Below are positions 41,601 through 56,500 of a stretch of 64,000 nt of DNA, piece after piece. The notes beneath the pieces are model-generated. The model saw nothing but the letters and a program-made list of their open reading frames with translations. It was not told the origin of the DNA and ran no database searches. Made by a program: the position numbers and the translations under genes. Numbering within the stretch: position 1 is the first letter of the stretch; every line of letters begins with the position of its first letter. Source of the DNA: Auanema rhodensis (lineage: Eukaryota; Animalia; Nematoda). The stretch spans positions 17,112,001 to 17,176,000 of the forward strand of contig OZ059900.1 of NCBI GenBank assembly GCA_964057225.1, in the 5' to 3' direction.

Positions 41601-44600
41601 ACGCCCTTTATGGCTAATATTGATTAAATCGATTTTTGTTCATATGAGTCGTCAAATGCAACGAATTTCAGCGTGTTACATACTAAAATGAAGCATTTTA
41701 CATGCTGAACACTAGAAAAATACAAAAACACAGTATTTCCCATGAGAAATATTTTATTATGCTGGAAAACCAGTTTTTGGAAATTTCGCTGTAAACAAGG
41801 TTTTGACTTACGATTTCATGTGTTCAAACTCATGCAATGTCAATGAAACCTAGCTCAAAATTGTTCGTACAACGTCTAGTTCCACTTTCACGACAAAAAA
41901 ACAGGGGTTAGAAAATTAAGGAAATTAGCATATTCTGAGGGCACGCCCCTTATGGCTAATATTGATTAAATCGATTTTTGTTCATATGAGTCGTCAAATG
42001 CAACGAATTTCAGCGTGTTACGTACTAAAATGAAGCATTTTACATGCTGAACACTAGAAAAATACAAAAACACAGTATTTCCCATGAGAAATATTTTATT
42101 ATGCTGGAAAACCAGTTTTTGGAAATTTCGCTGTAAACAAGGTTTTGACTTACGATTTCATGTGTTCAAACTCATGCAATGTCAATGAAACCTAGCTCAA
42201 AATTGTTCCTACAACGTCTAGTTCCACTTTCACGACAAAAAAACAGGGGTTAGAAAATTAAGGAAATTAGCATATTCTGAGGGCACGCCCTTTATGGCTA
42301 ATATTGATTAAATCGATTTTTGTTCATATGAGTCGTCAAATGCAACGAATTTCAGCGTGTTACATACTAAAATGAAGCATTTTACATGCTGAACACTAGA
42401 AAAATACAAAAACACAGTATTTCCCATGAGAAATATTTTATTATGCTGGAAAACCAGTTTTTGGAAATTTCGCTGTAAACAAGGTTTTGACTTACGATTT
42501 CATGTGTTCAAACTCATGCAATGTCAATGAAACCTAGCTCAAAATTGTTCGTACAACGTCTAGTTCCACTTTCACGACAAAAAAACAGGGGTTAGAAAAT
42601 TAAGGAAATTAGCATATTCTGAGGGCACGCCCCTTATGGCTAATATTGATTAAATCGATTTTTGTTCATATGAGTCGTCAAATGCAACGAATTTCAGCGT
42701 GTTACATACTAAAATGAAGCATTTTACATGCTGAACACTAGAAAAATACAAAAACACAGTATTTCCCATGAGAATAATTTTATTATGCTGGAAAACCAGT
42801 TTTTGGAAATTTCGCTGTAAACAAGGTTTTGACTTACGATTTCATGTGTTCAAACTCATGCAATGTCAATGAAACCTAGCTCAAAATTGTTCGTACAACG
42901 TCTAGTTCCACTTTTACGACAAAAAAACAGGGGTTAGAAAATTAAGGAAATTAGCATATTCTGAGGGCACGCCCCTTATGGCTAATATTGATTAAATCGA
43001 TTTTTGTTCATATGAGTCGTCAAATGCAACGAATTTCAGCGTGTTACATACTTAAATGAAGCATTTTACATGCTGAACACTAGAAAAATACAAAAACACA
43101 GTATTTCCCATGAGAAATATTTTATTATGCTGGAAAACCAGTTTTTGGAAATTTCGCTGTAAACAAGGTTTTGACTTACGATTTCATGTGTTCAAACTCA
43201 TGCAATGTCAATGAAACCTAGCTCAAAATTGTTCGTACAACGACTAGTTCCACTTTCACGACAAAAAAACAGGGGTTAGAAAATTAAGGAAATTAGCATA
43301 TTCTGAGGGCACGCCCTTTATGGCTAATATTGATTAAATCGATTTTTGTTCATATGAGTCGTCAAATGCAACGAATTTCAGCGTGTTACATACTAAAATG
43401 AAGCATTTTACATGCTGAACACTAGAAAAATACAAAAACACAGTATTTCCCATGAGAAATATTTTATTATGCTGGAAAACCAGTTTTTGGAAATTTCGCT
43501 GTAAACAAGGTTTTGACTTACGATTTCATGTGTTCAAACTCATGCAATGTCAATGAAACCTAGCTCAAAATTGTTCGTACAACGTCTAGTTCCACTTTCA
43601 CGACAAAAAAACAGGGGTTAGAAAATTAAGGAAATTAGCATATTCTGAGGGCACGCCCCTTATGGCTAATATTGATTAAATCGATTTTTGTTCATATGAG
43701 TCGTCAAATGCAACGAATTTCAGCGTGTTACATACTAAAATGAAGCATTTTACATGCTGAACACTAGAAAAATACAAAAACACAGTATTTCCCATGAGAA
43801 TAATTTTATTATGCTGGAAAACCAGTTTTTGGAAATTTCGCTGTAAACAAGGTTTTGACTTACGATTTCATGTGTTCAAACTCATGCAATGTCAATGAAA
43901 CCTAGCTCAAAATTGTTCGTACAACGTCTAGTTCCACTTTTACGACAAAAAAACAGGGGTTAGAAAATTAAGGAAATTAGCATATTCTGAGGGCACGCCC
44001 CTTATGGCTAATATTGATTAAATCGATTTTTGTTCATATGAGTCGTCAAATGCAACGAATTTCAGCGTGTTACATACTAAAATGAAGCATTTTACATGCT
44101 GAACACTAGAAAAATACAAAAACACAGTATTTCCCATGAGAAATATTTTATTATGCTGGAAAACCAGTTTTTGGAAATTTCGCTGTAAACAAGGTTTTGA
44201 CTTACGATTTCATGTGTTCAAACTCATGCAATGTCAATGAAACCTAGCTCAAAATTGTTCGTACAACGACTAGTTCCACTTTCACGACAAAAAAACAGGG
44301 GTTAGAAAATTAAGGAAATTAGCATATTCTGAGGGCACGCCCCTTATGGCTAATATTGATTAAATCGATTTTTGTTCATATGAGTCGTCAAATGCAACGA
44401 ATTTCAGCGTGTTACATACTAAAATGAAGCATTTTACATGCTGAACACTAGAAAAATACAAAAACACAGTATTTCCCATGAGAAATATTTTATTATGCTG
44501 GAAAACCAGTTTTTGAAAATTTCGCTGTAAACAAGGTTTTGACTTACGATTTCATGTGTTCAAACTCATGCAATGTCAATGAAACCTAGCTCAAAATTGT

Positions 44601-47600
44601 TCCTACAACGTCTAGTTCCACTTTCACGACAAAAAAACAGGGGTTAGAAAATTAAGGAAATTAGCATATTCTGAGGGCACGCCCTTTATGGCTAATATTG
44701 ATTAAATCGATTTTTGTTCATATGAGTCGTCAAATGCAACGAATTTCAGCGTGTTACATACTAAAATGAAGCATTTTACATGCTGAACACTAGAAAAATA
44801 CAAAAACACAGTATTTCCCATGAGAAATATTTTATTATGCTGGAAAACCAGTTTTTGGAAATTTCGCTGTAAACAAGGTTTTGACTTACGATTTCATGTG
44901 TTCAAACTCATGCAATGTCAATGAAACCTAGCTCAAAATTGTTCGTACAACGACTAGTTAAACTTTCACGACAAAAAAACAGGGGTTAGAAAATTAAGGA
45001 AATTAGCATATTCTGAGGGCACGCCCCTTATGGCTAATATTGATTAAATCGATTTTTGTTCATATGAGTCGTCAAATGCAACGAATTTCAGCGTGTTACA
45101 TACTAAAATGAAGCATTTTACATGCTGAACACTAGAAAAATACAAAAACACAGTATTTCCCATGAGAAATATTTTATTATGCTGGAAAACCAGTTTTTGA
45201 AAATTTCGCTGTAAACAAGGTTTTGACTTACGATTTCATGTGTTCAAACTCATGCAATGTCAATGAAACCTAGCTCAAAATTGTTCCTACAACGTCTAGT
45301 TCCACTTTCACGACAAAAAAACAGGGGTTAGAAAATAAAGGAAATTAGCATATTCTGAGGGCACGCCCTTTATGGCTAATATTGATTAAATCGATTTTTG
45401 TTCATATGAGTCGTCAAATGCAACGAATTTCAGCGTGTTACATACTAAAATGAAGCATTTTACATGCTGAACACTAGAAAAATACAAAAACACAGTATTT
45501 CCCATGAGAAATATTTTATTATGCTGGAAAACCAGTTTTTGGAAATTTCGCTGTAAACAAGGTTTTGACTTACGATTTCATGTGTTCAAACTCATGCAAT
45601 GTCAATGAAACCTAGCTCAAAATTGTTCGTACAACGTCTAGTTCCACTTTCACGACAAAAAAACAGGGGTTAGAAAATTAAGGAAATTAGCATATTCTGA
45701 GGGCACGCCCCTTATGGCTAATATTGATTAAATCGATTTTTGTTCATATGAGTCGTCAAATGCAACGAATTTCAGCGTGTTACATACTAAAATGAAGCAT
45801 TTTACATGCTGAACACTAGAAAAATACAAAAACACAGTATTTCCCATGAGAAATATTTTATTATGCTGGAAAACCAGTTTTTGGAAATTTCGCTGTAAAC
45901 AAGGTTTTGACTTACGATTTCATGTGTTCAAACTCATGCAATGTCAATGAAACCTAGCTCAAAATTGTTCCTACAACGTCTAGTTCCACTTTCACGACAA
46001 AAAAACAGGGGTTAGAAAATTAAGGAAATTAGCATATTCTGAGGGCACGCCCTTTATGGCTAATATTGATTAAATCGATTTTTGTTCATATGAGTCGTCA
46101 AATGCAACGAATTTCAGCGTGTTACATACTAAAATGAAGCATTTCACATGCTGAACACTAGAAAAATACAAAAACACAGTATTTCCCATGAGAAATATTT
46201 TATTATGCTGGAAAACCAGTTTTTGGAAATTTCGCTGTAAACAAGGTTTTGACTTACGATTTCATGTGTTCAAACTCATGCAATGTCAATGAAACCTAGC
46301 TCAAAATTGTTCGTACAACGTCTGGTTCCACTTTCACGACAAAAAAACAGGGGTTAGAAAATTAAGGAAATTAGCATATTCTGAGGGCACGCCCCTTATG
46401 GCTAATATTGATTAAATCGATTTTTGTTCATATGAGTCGTCAAATGCAACGAATTTCAGTGTGTTACATACTAAAATGAAGCATTTTACATGCTGAACAC
46501 TAGAAAAATACAAAAACACAGTATTTCCCATGAGAAATATTTTATTATGCTGGAAAACCAGTTTTTGGAAATTTCGCTGTAAACAAGGTTTTGACTTACG
46601 ATTTCATGTGTTCAAACTCATGCAATGTCAATGAAACCCAGCTCAAAATTGTTCGTACAACGTCTAGTTCCACTTTCACGACAAAAAAACAGGGGTTAGA
46701 AAATTAAGGAAATTAGCATATTCTGAGGGCACGCCCCTTATGGCTAATATTGATTAAATCGATTTTTGTTCATATGAGTCGTCAAATGCAACGAATTTCA
46801 GCGTGTTACATACTAAAATGAAGCATTTTACATGCTGAACACTAGAAAAATACAAAAACACAGTATTTCCCATGAGAAATATTTTATTATGCTGGAAAAC
46901 CAGTTTTTGGAAATTTCGCTGTAAACAAGGTTTTGACTTACGATTTCATGTGTTCAAACTCATGCAATGTCAATGAAACCTAGCTCAAAATTGTTCGTAC
47001 AACGTCTAGTTCCACTTTCACGACAAAAAAACAGGGGTTAGAAAATTAAGGAAATTAGCATATTCTGAGGGCACGCCCCTTATGGCTAATATTGATTAAA
47101 TCGATTTTTGTTCATATGAGTCGTCAAATGCAACGAATTTCAGCGTGTTACATACTAAAATGAAGCATTTTACATGCTGAACACTAGAAAAATACAAAAA
47201 CACAGTATTTCCCATGAGAAATATTTTATTATGCTGGAAAACCAGTTTTTGGAAATTTCGCTGTAAACAAGGTTTTGACTTACGATTTCATGTGTTCAAA
47301 CTCATGCAATGTCAATGAAACCTAGCTCAAAATTGTTCCTACAACGTCTAGTTCCACTTTCACGACAAAAAAACAGGGGTTAGAAAATTAAGGAAATTAG
47401 CATATTCTGAGGGCACGCCCTTTATGGCTAATATTGATTAAATCGATTTTTGTTCATATGAGTCGTCAAATGCAACGAATTTCAGCGTGTTACATACTAA
47501 AATGAAGCATTTCACATGCTGAACACTAGAAAAATACAAAAACACAGTATTTCCCATGAGAAATATTTTATTATGCTGGAAAACCAGTTTTTGGAAATTT

Positions 47601-50600
47601 CGCTGTAAACAAGGTTTTGACTTACGATTTCATGTGTTCAAACTCATGCAATGTCAATGAAACCTAGCTCAAAATTGTTCGTACAACGTCTGGTTCCACT
47701 TTCACGACAAAAAAACAGGGGTTAGAAAATTAAGGAAATTAGCATATTCTGAGGGCACGCCCCTTATGGCTAATATTGATTAAATCGATTTTTGTTCATA
47801 TGAGTCGTCAAATGCAACGAATTTCAGCGTGTTACATACTAAAATGAAGCATTTTACATGCTGAACACTAGAAAAATACAAAAACACAGTATTTCCCATG
47901 AGAAATATTTTATTATGCTGGAAAACCAGTTTTTGGAAATTTCGCTGTAAACAAGGTTTTGACTTACGATTTCATGTGTTCAAACTCATGCAATGTCAAT
48001 GAAACCTAGCTCAAAATTGTTCGTACAACGTCTAGTTCCACTTTCACGACAAAAAAACAGGGGTTAGAAAATTAAGGAAATTAGCATATTCTGAGGGCAC
48101 GCCCCCTTATGGCTAATATTGATTAAATCGATTTTTGTTCATATGAGTCGTCAAATGCAACGAATTTCAGCGTGTTACATACTAAAATGAAGCATTTTAC
48201 ATGCTGAACACTAGAAAAATACAAAAACACAGTATTTCCCATGAGAAATATTTTATTATGCTGGAAAACCAGTTTTTGGAAATTTCGCTGTAAACAAGGT
48301 TTTGACTTACGATTTCATGTGTTTAAACTCATGCAATGTCAATGAAACCTAGCTCAAAATTGTTAATACAATGTCTAGTTCCACTTTCACGACAAAAAAA
48401 CAGGGGTTAGAAAATTAAGGAAATTAGCATATTCTGAGGGCACGCCCCTTATGGCTAATATTGATTAAATCGATTTTTGTTCATATGAGTCGTCAAATGC
48501 AACGAATTTCAGCGTGTTACATACTAAAATGAAGCATTTTACATGCTGAACACTAGAAAAATACAAAAACACAGTATTTCCCATGAGAAATATTTTATTA
48601 TGCTGGAAAACCAGTTTTTGGAAATTTCGCTGTAAACAAGGTTTTGACTTACGATTTCATGTGTTCAAACTCATGCAATGTCAATGAAACCCAGCTCAAA
48701 ATTGTTCGTACAACGTCTAGTTCCACTTTCACGACAAAAAAACAGGGGTTAGAAAATTAAGGAAATTAGCATATTCTGAGGGCACGCCCCTTATGGCTAA
48801 TATTGATTAAATCGATTTTTGTTCATATGAGTCGTCAAATGCAACGAATTTCAGCGTGTTACATACTAAAATGAAGCATTTTACATGCTGAACACTAGAA
48901 AAATACAAAAACACAGTATTTCCCATGAGAAATATTTTATTATGCTGGAAAACCAGTTTTTGGAAATTTCGCTGTAAACAAGGTTTTGACTTACGATTTC
49001 ATGTGTTCAAACTCATGCAATGTCAATGAAACCTAGCTCAAAATTGTTCGTACAACGTCTAGTTCCACTTTCACGACAAAAAAACAGGGGTTAGAAAATT
49101 AAGGAAATTAGCATATTCTGAGGGCACGCCCCTTATGGCTAATATTGATTAAATCGATTTTTGTTCATATGAGTCGTCAAATGCAACGAATTTCAGCGTG
49201 TTACATACTAAAATGAAGCATTTTACATGCTGAACACTAGAAAAATACAAAAACACAGTATTTCCCATGAGAAATATTTTATTATGCTGGAAAACCAGTT
49301 TTTGAAAATATCGCTGTAAACAAGGTTTTGACTTACGATTTCATGTGTTCAAACTCATGCAATGTCAATGAAACCTAGCTCAAATTTGTTCCTACAACGT
49401 CTAGTTCCACTTTCACGACAAAAAAACAGGGGTTAGAAAATTAAGGAAATTAGCATATTCTGAGGGCACGCCCCTTATGGCTAATATTGATTAAATCGAT
49501 TTTTGTTCATATGAGTCGTCAAATGCAACGAATTTCAGCGTGTTACATACTAAAATGAAGCATTTTACATGCTGAACACTAGAAAAATACAAAAACACAG
49601 TATTTCCCATGAGAAATATTTTATTATGCTGGAAAACCAGTTTTTGGAAATTTCGCTGTAAACAAGGTTTTGACTTACGATTTCATGTGTTCAAACTCAT
49701 GCAATGTCAATGAAACCTAGCTCAAAATTGTTCCTACAACGTCTAGTTCCACTTTCACGACAAAAAAACAGGGGTTAGAAAATTAAGGAAATTAGCATAT
49801 TCTGAGGGCACGCCCTTTATGGCTAATATTGATTAAATCGATTTTTGTTCATATGAGTCGTCAAATGCAACGAATTTCAGCGTGTTACATACTAAAATGA
49901 AGCATTTCACATGCTGAACACTAGAAAAATACAAAAACACAGTATTTCCCATGAGAAATATTTTATTATGCTGGAAAACCAGTTTTTGGAAATTTCGCTG
50001 TAAACAAGGTTTTGACTTACGATTTCATGTGTTCAAACTCATGCAATGTCAATGAAACCTAGCTCAAAATTGTTCGTACAACGTCTAGTTCCACTTTCAC
50101 GACAAAAAAACAGGGGTTAGAAAATTAAGGAAATTAGCATATTCTGAGGGCACGCCCCTTATGGCTAATATTGATTAAATCGATTTTTGTTCATATGAGT
50201 CGTCAAATGCAACGAATTTCAGCGTGTTACATACTAAAATGAAGCATTTTACATGCTGAACACTAGGAAAATACAAAAACACAGTATTTCCCATGAGAAA
50301 TATTTTATTATGCTGGAAAACCAGTTTTTGAAAATATCGCTGTAAACAAGGTTTTGACTTACGATTTCATGTGTTCAAACTCATGCAATGTCAATGAAAC
50401 CTAGCTCAAAATTGTTCCTACAACGTCTAGTTCCACTTTCACGACAAAAAAACAGGGGTTAGAAAATTAAGGAAATTAGCATATTCTGAGGGCACGCCCC
50501 TTATGGCTAATATTGATTAAATCGATTTTTGTTCATATGAGTCGTCAAATGCAACGAATTTCAGCGTGTTACATACTAAAATGAAGCATTTTACATGCTG

Positions 50601-53545
50601 AACACTAGAAAAATACAAAAACACAGTATTTCCCATGAGAAATATTTTATTATGCTGGAAAACCAGTTTTTGGAAATTTCGCTGTAAACAAGGTTTTGAC
50701 TTACGATTTCATGTGTTCAAACTCATGCAATGTCAATGAAACCTAGCTCAAAATTGTTCCTACAACGTCTAGTTCCACTTTCACGACAAAAAAACAGGGG
50801 TTAGAAAATTAAGGAAATTAGCATATTCTGAGGGCACGCCCTTTATGGCTAATATTGATTAAATCGATTTTTGTTCATATGAGTCGTCAAATGCAACGAA
50901 TTTCAGCGTGTTACATACTAAAATGAAGCATTTCACATGCTGAACACTAGAAAAATACAAAAACACAGTATTTCCCATGAGAAATATTTTATTATGCTGG
51001 AAAACCAGTTTTTGGAAATTTCGCTGTAAACAAGGTTTTGACTTACGATTTCATGTGTTCAAACTCATGCAATGTCAATGAAACCTAGCTCAAAATTGTT
51101 CGTACAACGTCTAGTTCCACTTTCACGACAAAAAAACAGGGGTTAGAAAATTAAGGAAATTAGCATATTCTGAGGGCACGCCCCTTATGGCTAATATTGA
51201 TTAAATCGATTTTTGTTCATATGAGTCGTCAAATGCAACAAATTTCAGCGTGTTACATACTAAAATGAAGCATTTTACATGCTGAACACTAGAAAAATAC
51301 AAAAACACAGTAATACCCATGAGAAATATTTTATTATGCTGGAAAACCAGTTTTTGGAAATTTCGCTGTAAACAAGGTTTTGACTTACGATTTCATGTGT
51401 TCAAACTCATGCAATGTCAATGAAACCTAGCTCAAAATTGTTCCTACAACGTCTAGTTCCACTTTCACGACAAAAAAACAGGGGTTAGAAAATTAAGGAA
51501 ATTAGCATATTCTGAGGGCACGCCCTTTATGGCTAATATTGATTAAATCGATTTTTGTTCATATGAGTCGTCAAATGCAACGAATTTCAGCGTGTTACAT
51601 ACTAAAATGAAGCATTTTACATGCTGAACACTAGAAAAATACAAAAACACAGTATTTCCCATGAGAAATATTTTATTATGCTGGAAAACCAGTTTTTGGA
51701 AATTTCGCTGTAAACAAGGTTTTGACTTACGATTTCATGTGTTCAAACTCATGCAATGTCAATGAAACCTAGCTCAAAATTGTTCGTACAACGTCTAGTT
51801 CCACTTTCACGACAAAAAAACAGGGGTTAGAAAATTAAGGAAATTAGCATATTCTGAGGGCACGCCCCTTATGGCTAATATTGATTAAATCGATTTTTGT
51901 TCATATGAGTCGTCAAATGCAACGAATTTCAGCGTGTTACATACTAAAATGAAGCATTTTACATGCTGAACACTAGAAAAATACAAAAACACAGTATTTC
52001 CCATGAGAATAATTTTATTATGCTGGAAAACCAGTTTTTGGAAATTTCGCTGTAAACAAGGTTTTGACTTACGATTTCATGTGTTCAAACTCATGCAATG
52101 TCAATGAAACCTAGCTCAAAATTGTTCGTACAACGTCTAGTTCCACTTTTACGACAAAAAAACAGGGGTTAGAAAATTAAGGAAATTAGCATATTCTGAG
52201 GGCACGCCCCTTATGGCTAATATTGATTAAATCGATTTTTGTTCATATGAGTCGTCAAATGCAACGAATTTCAGCGTGTTACATACTAAAATGAAGCATT
52301 TTACATGCTGAACACTAGAAAAATACAAAAACACAGTATTTCCCATGAGAAATATTTTATTATGCTGGAAAACCAGTTTTTGGAAATTTCGCTGTAAACA
52401 AGGTTTTGACTTACGATTTCATGTGTTCAAACTCATGCAATGTCAATGAAACCTAGCTCAAAATTGTTCGTACAACGACTAGTTCCACTTTCACGACAAA
52501 AAAACAGGGGTTAGAAAATTAAGGAAATTAGCATATTCTGAGGGCACGCCCCTTATGGCTAATATTGATTAAATCGATTTTTGTTCATATGAGTCGTCAA
52601 ATGCAACGAATTTCAGCGTGTTACATACTAAAATGAAGCATTTTACATGCTGAACACTAGAAAAATACAAAAACACAGTATTTCCCATGAGAAATATTTT
52701 ATTATGCTGGAAAACCAGTTTTTGAAAATTTCGCTGTAAACAAGGTTTTGACTTACGATTTCATGTGTTCAAACTCATGCAATGTCAATGAAACCTAGCT
52801 CAAAATTGTTCCTACAACGTCTAGTTCCACTTTCACGACAAAAAAACAGGGGTTAGAAAATTAAGGAAATTAGCATATTCTGAGGGCACGCCCTTTATGG
52901 CTAATATTGATTAAATCGATTTTTGTTCATATGAGTCGTCAAATGCAACGAATTTCAGCGTGTTACATACTAAAATGAAGCATTTTACATGCTGAACACT
53001 AGAAAAATACAAAAACACAGTATTTCCCATGAGAAATATTTTATTATGCTGGAAAACCAGTTTTTGGAAATTTCGCTGTAAACAAGGTTTTGACTTACGA
53101 TTTCATGTGTTCAAACTCATGCAATGTCAATGAAACCTAGCTCAAAATTGTTCGTACAACGACTAGTTCCACTTTCACGACAAAAAAACAGGGGTTAGAA
53201 AATTAAGGAAATTAGCATATTCTGAGGGCACGCCCCTTATGGCTAATATTGATTAAATCGATTTTTGTTCATATGAGTCGTCAAATGCAACGAATTTCAG
53301 CGTGTTACATACTAAAATGAAGCATTTTACATGCTGAACACTAGAAAAATACAAAAACACAGTATTTCCCATGAGAAATATTTTATTATGCTGGAAAACC
53401 AGTTTTTGAAAATTTCGCTGTAAACAAGGTTTTGACTTACGATTTCATGTGTTCAAACTCATGCAATGTCAATGAAACTTAGCTCAAAATTGTTCCTACA
53501 ACGTCTAGTTCCACTTTCACGACAAAAAAACAGGGGTTAGAAAAT
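38651..53545 (+). repeat. Large duplicated block, copy B (monomers 114-157)
   Basis: Same ordered variant string as 1-14895. I saw only three differences: 924/39574, 11617/50267 and 14829/53479. Colinearity is lost at 14896/53546. Confidence 0.95.
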
Positions 53546-56500
53546 AAAGGAAATTAGCATATTCTGAGGGCACGCCCTTTATGGCTAATATTGATTAAAT
53601 CGATTTTTGTTCATATGAGTCGTCAAATGCAACGAATTTCAGCGTGTTACATACTAAAATGAAGCATTTTACATGCTGAACACTAGAAAAATACAAAAAC
53701 ACAGTATTTCCCATGAGAAATATTTTATTATGCTGGAAAACCAGTTTTTGGAAATTTCGCTGTAAACAAGGTTTTGACTTACGATTTCATGTGTTCAAAC
53801 TCATGCAATGTCAATGAAACCTAGCTCAAAATTGTTCGTACAACGTCTAGTTCCACTTTCACGACAAAAAACAGGGGTTAGAAAATTAAGGAAATTAGCA
53901 TATTCTGAGGGCACGCCCCTTATGGCTAATATTGATTAAATCGATTTTTGTTCATATGAGTCGTCAAATGCAACGAATTTCAGCGTGTTACATACTAAAA
54001 TGAAGCATTTTACATGCTGAACACTAGAAAAATACAAAAACACAGTATTTCCCATGAGAAATATTTTATTATGCTGGAAAACCAGTTTTTGGAAATTTCG
54101 CTGTAAACAAGGTTTTGACTTACGATTTCATGTGTTCAAACTCATGCAATGTCAATGAAACCTAGCTCAAAATTGTTCCTACAACGTCTAGTTCCACTTT
54201 CACGACAAAAAAACAGGGGTTAGAAAATTAAGGAAATTAGCATATTCTGAGGGCACGCCCTTTATGGCTAATATTGATTAAATCGATTTTTGTTCATATG
54301 AGTCGTCAAATGCAACGAATTTCAGCGTGTTACATACTAAAATGAAGCATTTCACATGCTGAACACTAGAAAAATACAAAAACACAGTATTTCCCATGAG
54401 AAATATTTTATTATGCTGGAAAACCAGTTTTTGGAAATTTCGCTGTAAACAAGGTTTTGACTTACGATTTCATGTGTTCAAACTCATGCAATGTCAATGA
54501 AACCTAGCTCAAAATTGTTCGTACAACGTCTGGTTCCACTTTCACGACAAAAAAACAGGGGTTAGAAAATTAAGGAAATTAGCATATTCTGAGGGCACGC
54601 CCCTTATGGCTAATATTGATTAAATCGATTTTTGTTCATATGAGTCGTCAAATGCAACGAATTTCAGCGTGTTACATACTAAAATGAAGCATTTTACATG
54701 CTGAACACTAGAAAAATACAAAAACACAGTATTTCCCATGAGAAATATTTTATTATGCTGGAAAACCAGTTTTTGGAAATTTCGCTGTAAACAAGGTTTT
54801 GACTTACGATTTCATGTGTTCAAACTCATGCAATGTCAATGAAACCTAGCTCAAAATTGTTCGTACAACGTCTAGTTCCACTTTCACGACAAAAAAACAG
54901 GGGTTAGAAAATTAAGGAAATTAGCATATTCTGAGGGCACGCCCCCTTATGGCTAATATTGATTAAATCGATTTTTGTTCATATGAGTCGTCAAATGCAA
55001 CGAATTTCAGCGTGTTACATACTAAAATGAAGCATTTTACATGCTGAACACTAGAAAAATACAAAAACACAGTATTTCCCATGAGAAATATTTTATTATG
55101 CTGGAAAACCAGTTTTTGGAAATTTCGCTGTAAACAAGGTTTTGACTTACGATTTCATGTGTTTAAACTCATGCAATGTCAATGAAACCTAGCTCAAAAT
55201 TGTTAATACAATGTCTAGTTCCACTTTCACGACAAAAAAACAGGGGTTAGAAAATTAAGGAAATTAGCATATTCTGAGGGCACGCCCCTTATGGCTAATA
55301 TTGATTAAATCGATTTTTGTTCATATGAGTCGTCAAATGCAACGAATTTCAGCGTGTTACATACTAAAATGAAGCATTTTACATGCTGAACACTAGAAAA
55401 ATACAAAAACACAGTATTTCCCATGAGAAATATTTTATTATGCTGGAAAACCAGTTTTTGGAAATTTCGCTGTAAACAAGGTTTTGACTTACGATTTCAT
55501 GTGTTCAAACTCATGCAATGTCAATGAAACCCAGCTCAAAATTGTTCGTACAACGTCTAGTTCCACTTTCACGACAAAAAAACAGGGGTTAGAAAATTAA
55601 GGAAATTAGCATATTCTGAGGGCACGCCCCTTATGGCTAATATTGATTAAATCGATTTTTGTTCATATGAGTCGTCAAATGCAACGAATTTCAGCGTGTT
55701 ACATACTAAAATGAAGCATTTTACATGCTGAACACTAGAAAAATACAAAAACACAGTATTTCCCATGAGAAATATTTTATTATGCTGGAAAACCAGTTTT
55801 TGGAAATTTCGCTGTAAACAAGGTTTTGACTTACGATTTCATGTGTTCAAACTCATGCAATGTCAATGAAACCTAGCTCAAAATTGTTCGTACAACGTCT
55901 AGTTCCACTTTCACGACAAAAAAACAGGGGTTAGAAAATTAAGGAAATTAGCATATTCTGAGGGCACGCCCCTTATGGCTAATATTGATTAAATCGATTT
56001 TTGTTCATATGAGTCGTCAAATGCAACGAATTTCAGCGTGTTACATACTAAAATGAAGCATTTTACATGCTGAACACTAGAAAAATACAAAAACACAGTA
56101 TTTCCCATGAGAAATATTTTATTATGCTGGAAAACCAGTTTTTGGAAATTTCGCTGTAAACAAGGTTTTGACTTACGATTTCATGTGTTCAAACTCATGC
56201 AATGTCAATGAAACCTAGCTCAAAATTGTTCCTACAACGTCTAGTTCCACTTTCAACGACAAAAAAACAGGGGTTAGAAAATTAAGGAAATTAGCATATT
56301 CTGAGGGCACGCCCTTTATGGCTAATATTGATTAAATCGATTTTTGTTCATATGAGTCGTCAAATGCAACGAATTTCAGCGTGTTACATACTAAAATGAA
56401 GCATTTCACATGCTGAACACTAGAAAAATACAAAAACACAGTATTTCCCATGAGAAATATTTTATTATGCTGGAAAACCAGTTTTTGGAAATTTCGCTGT

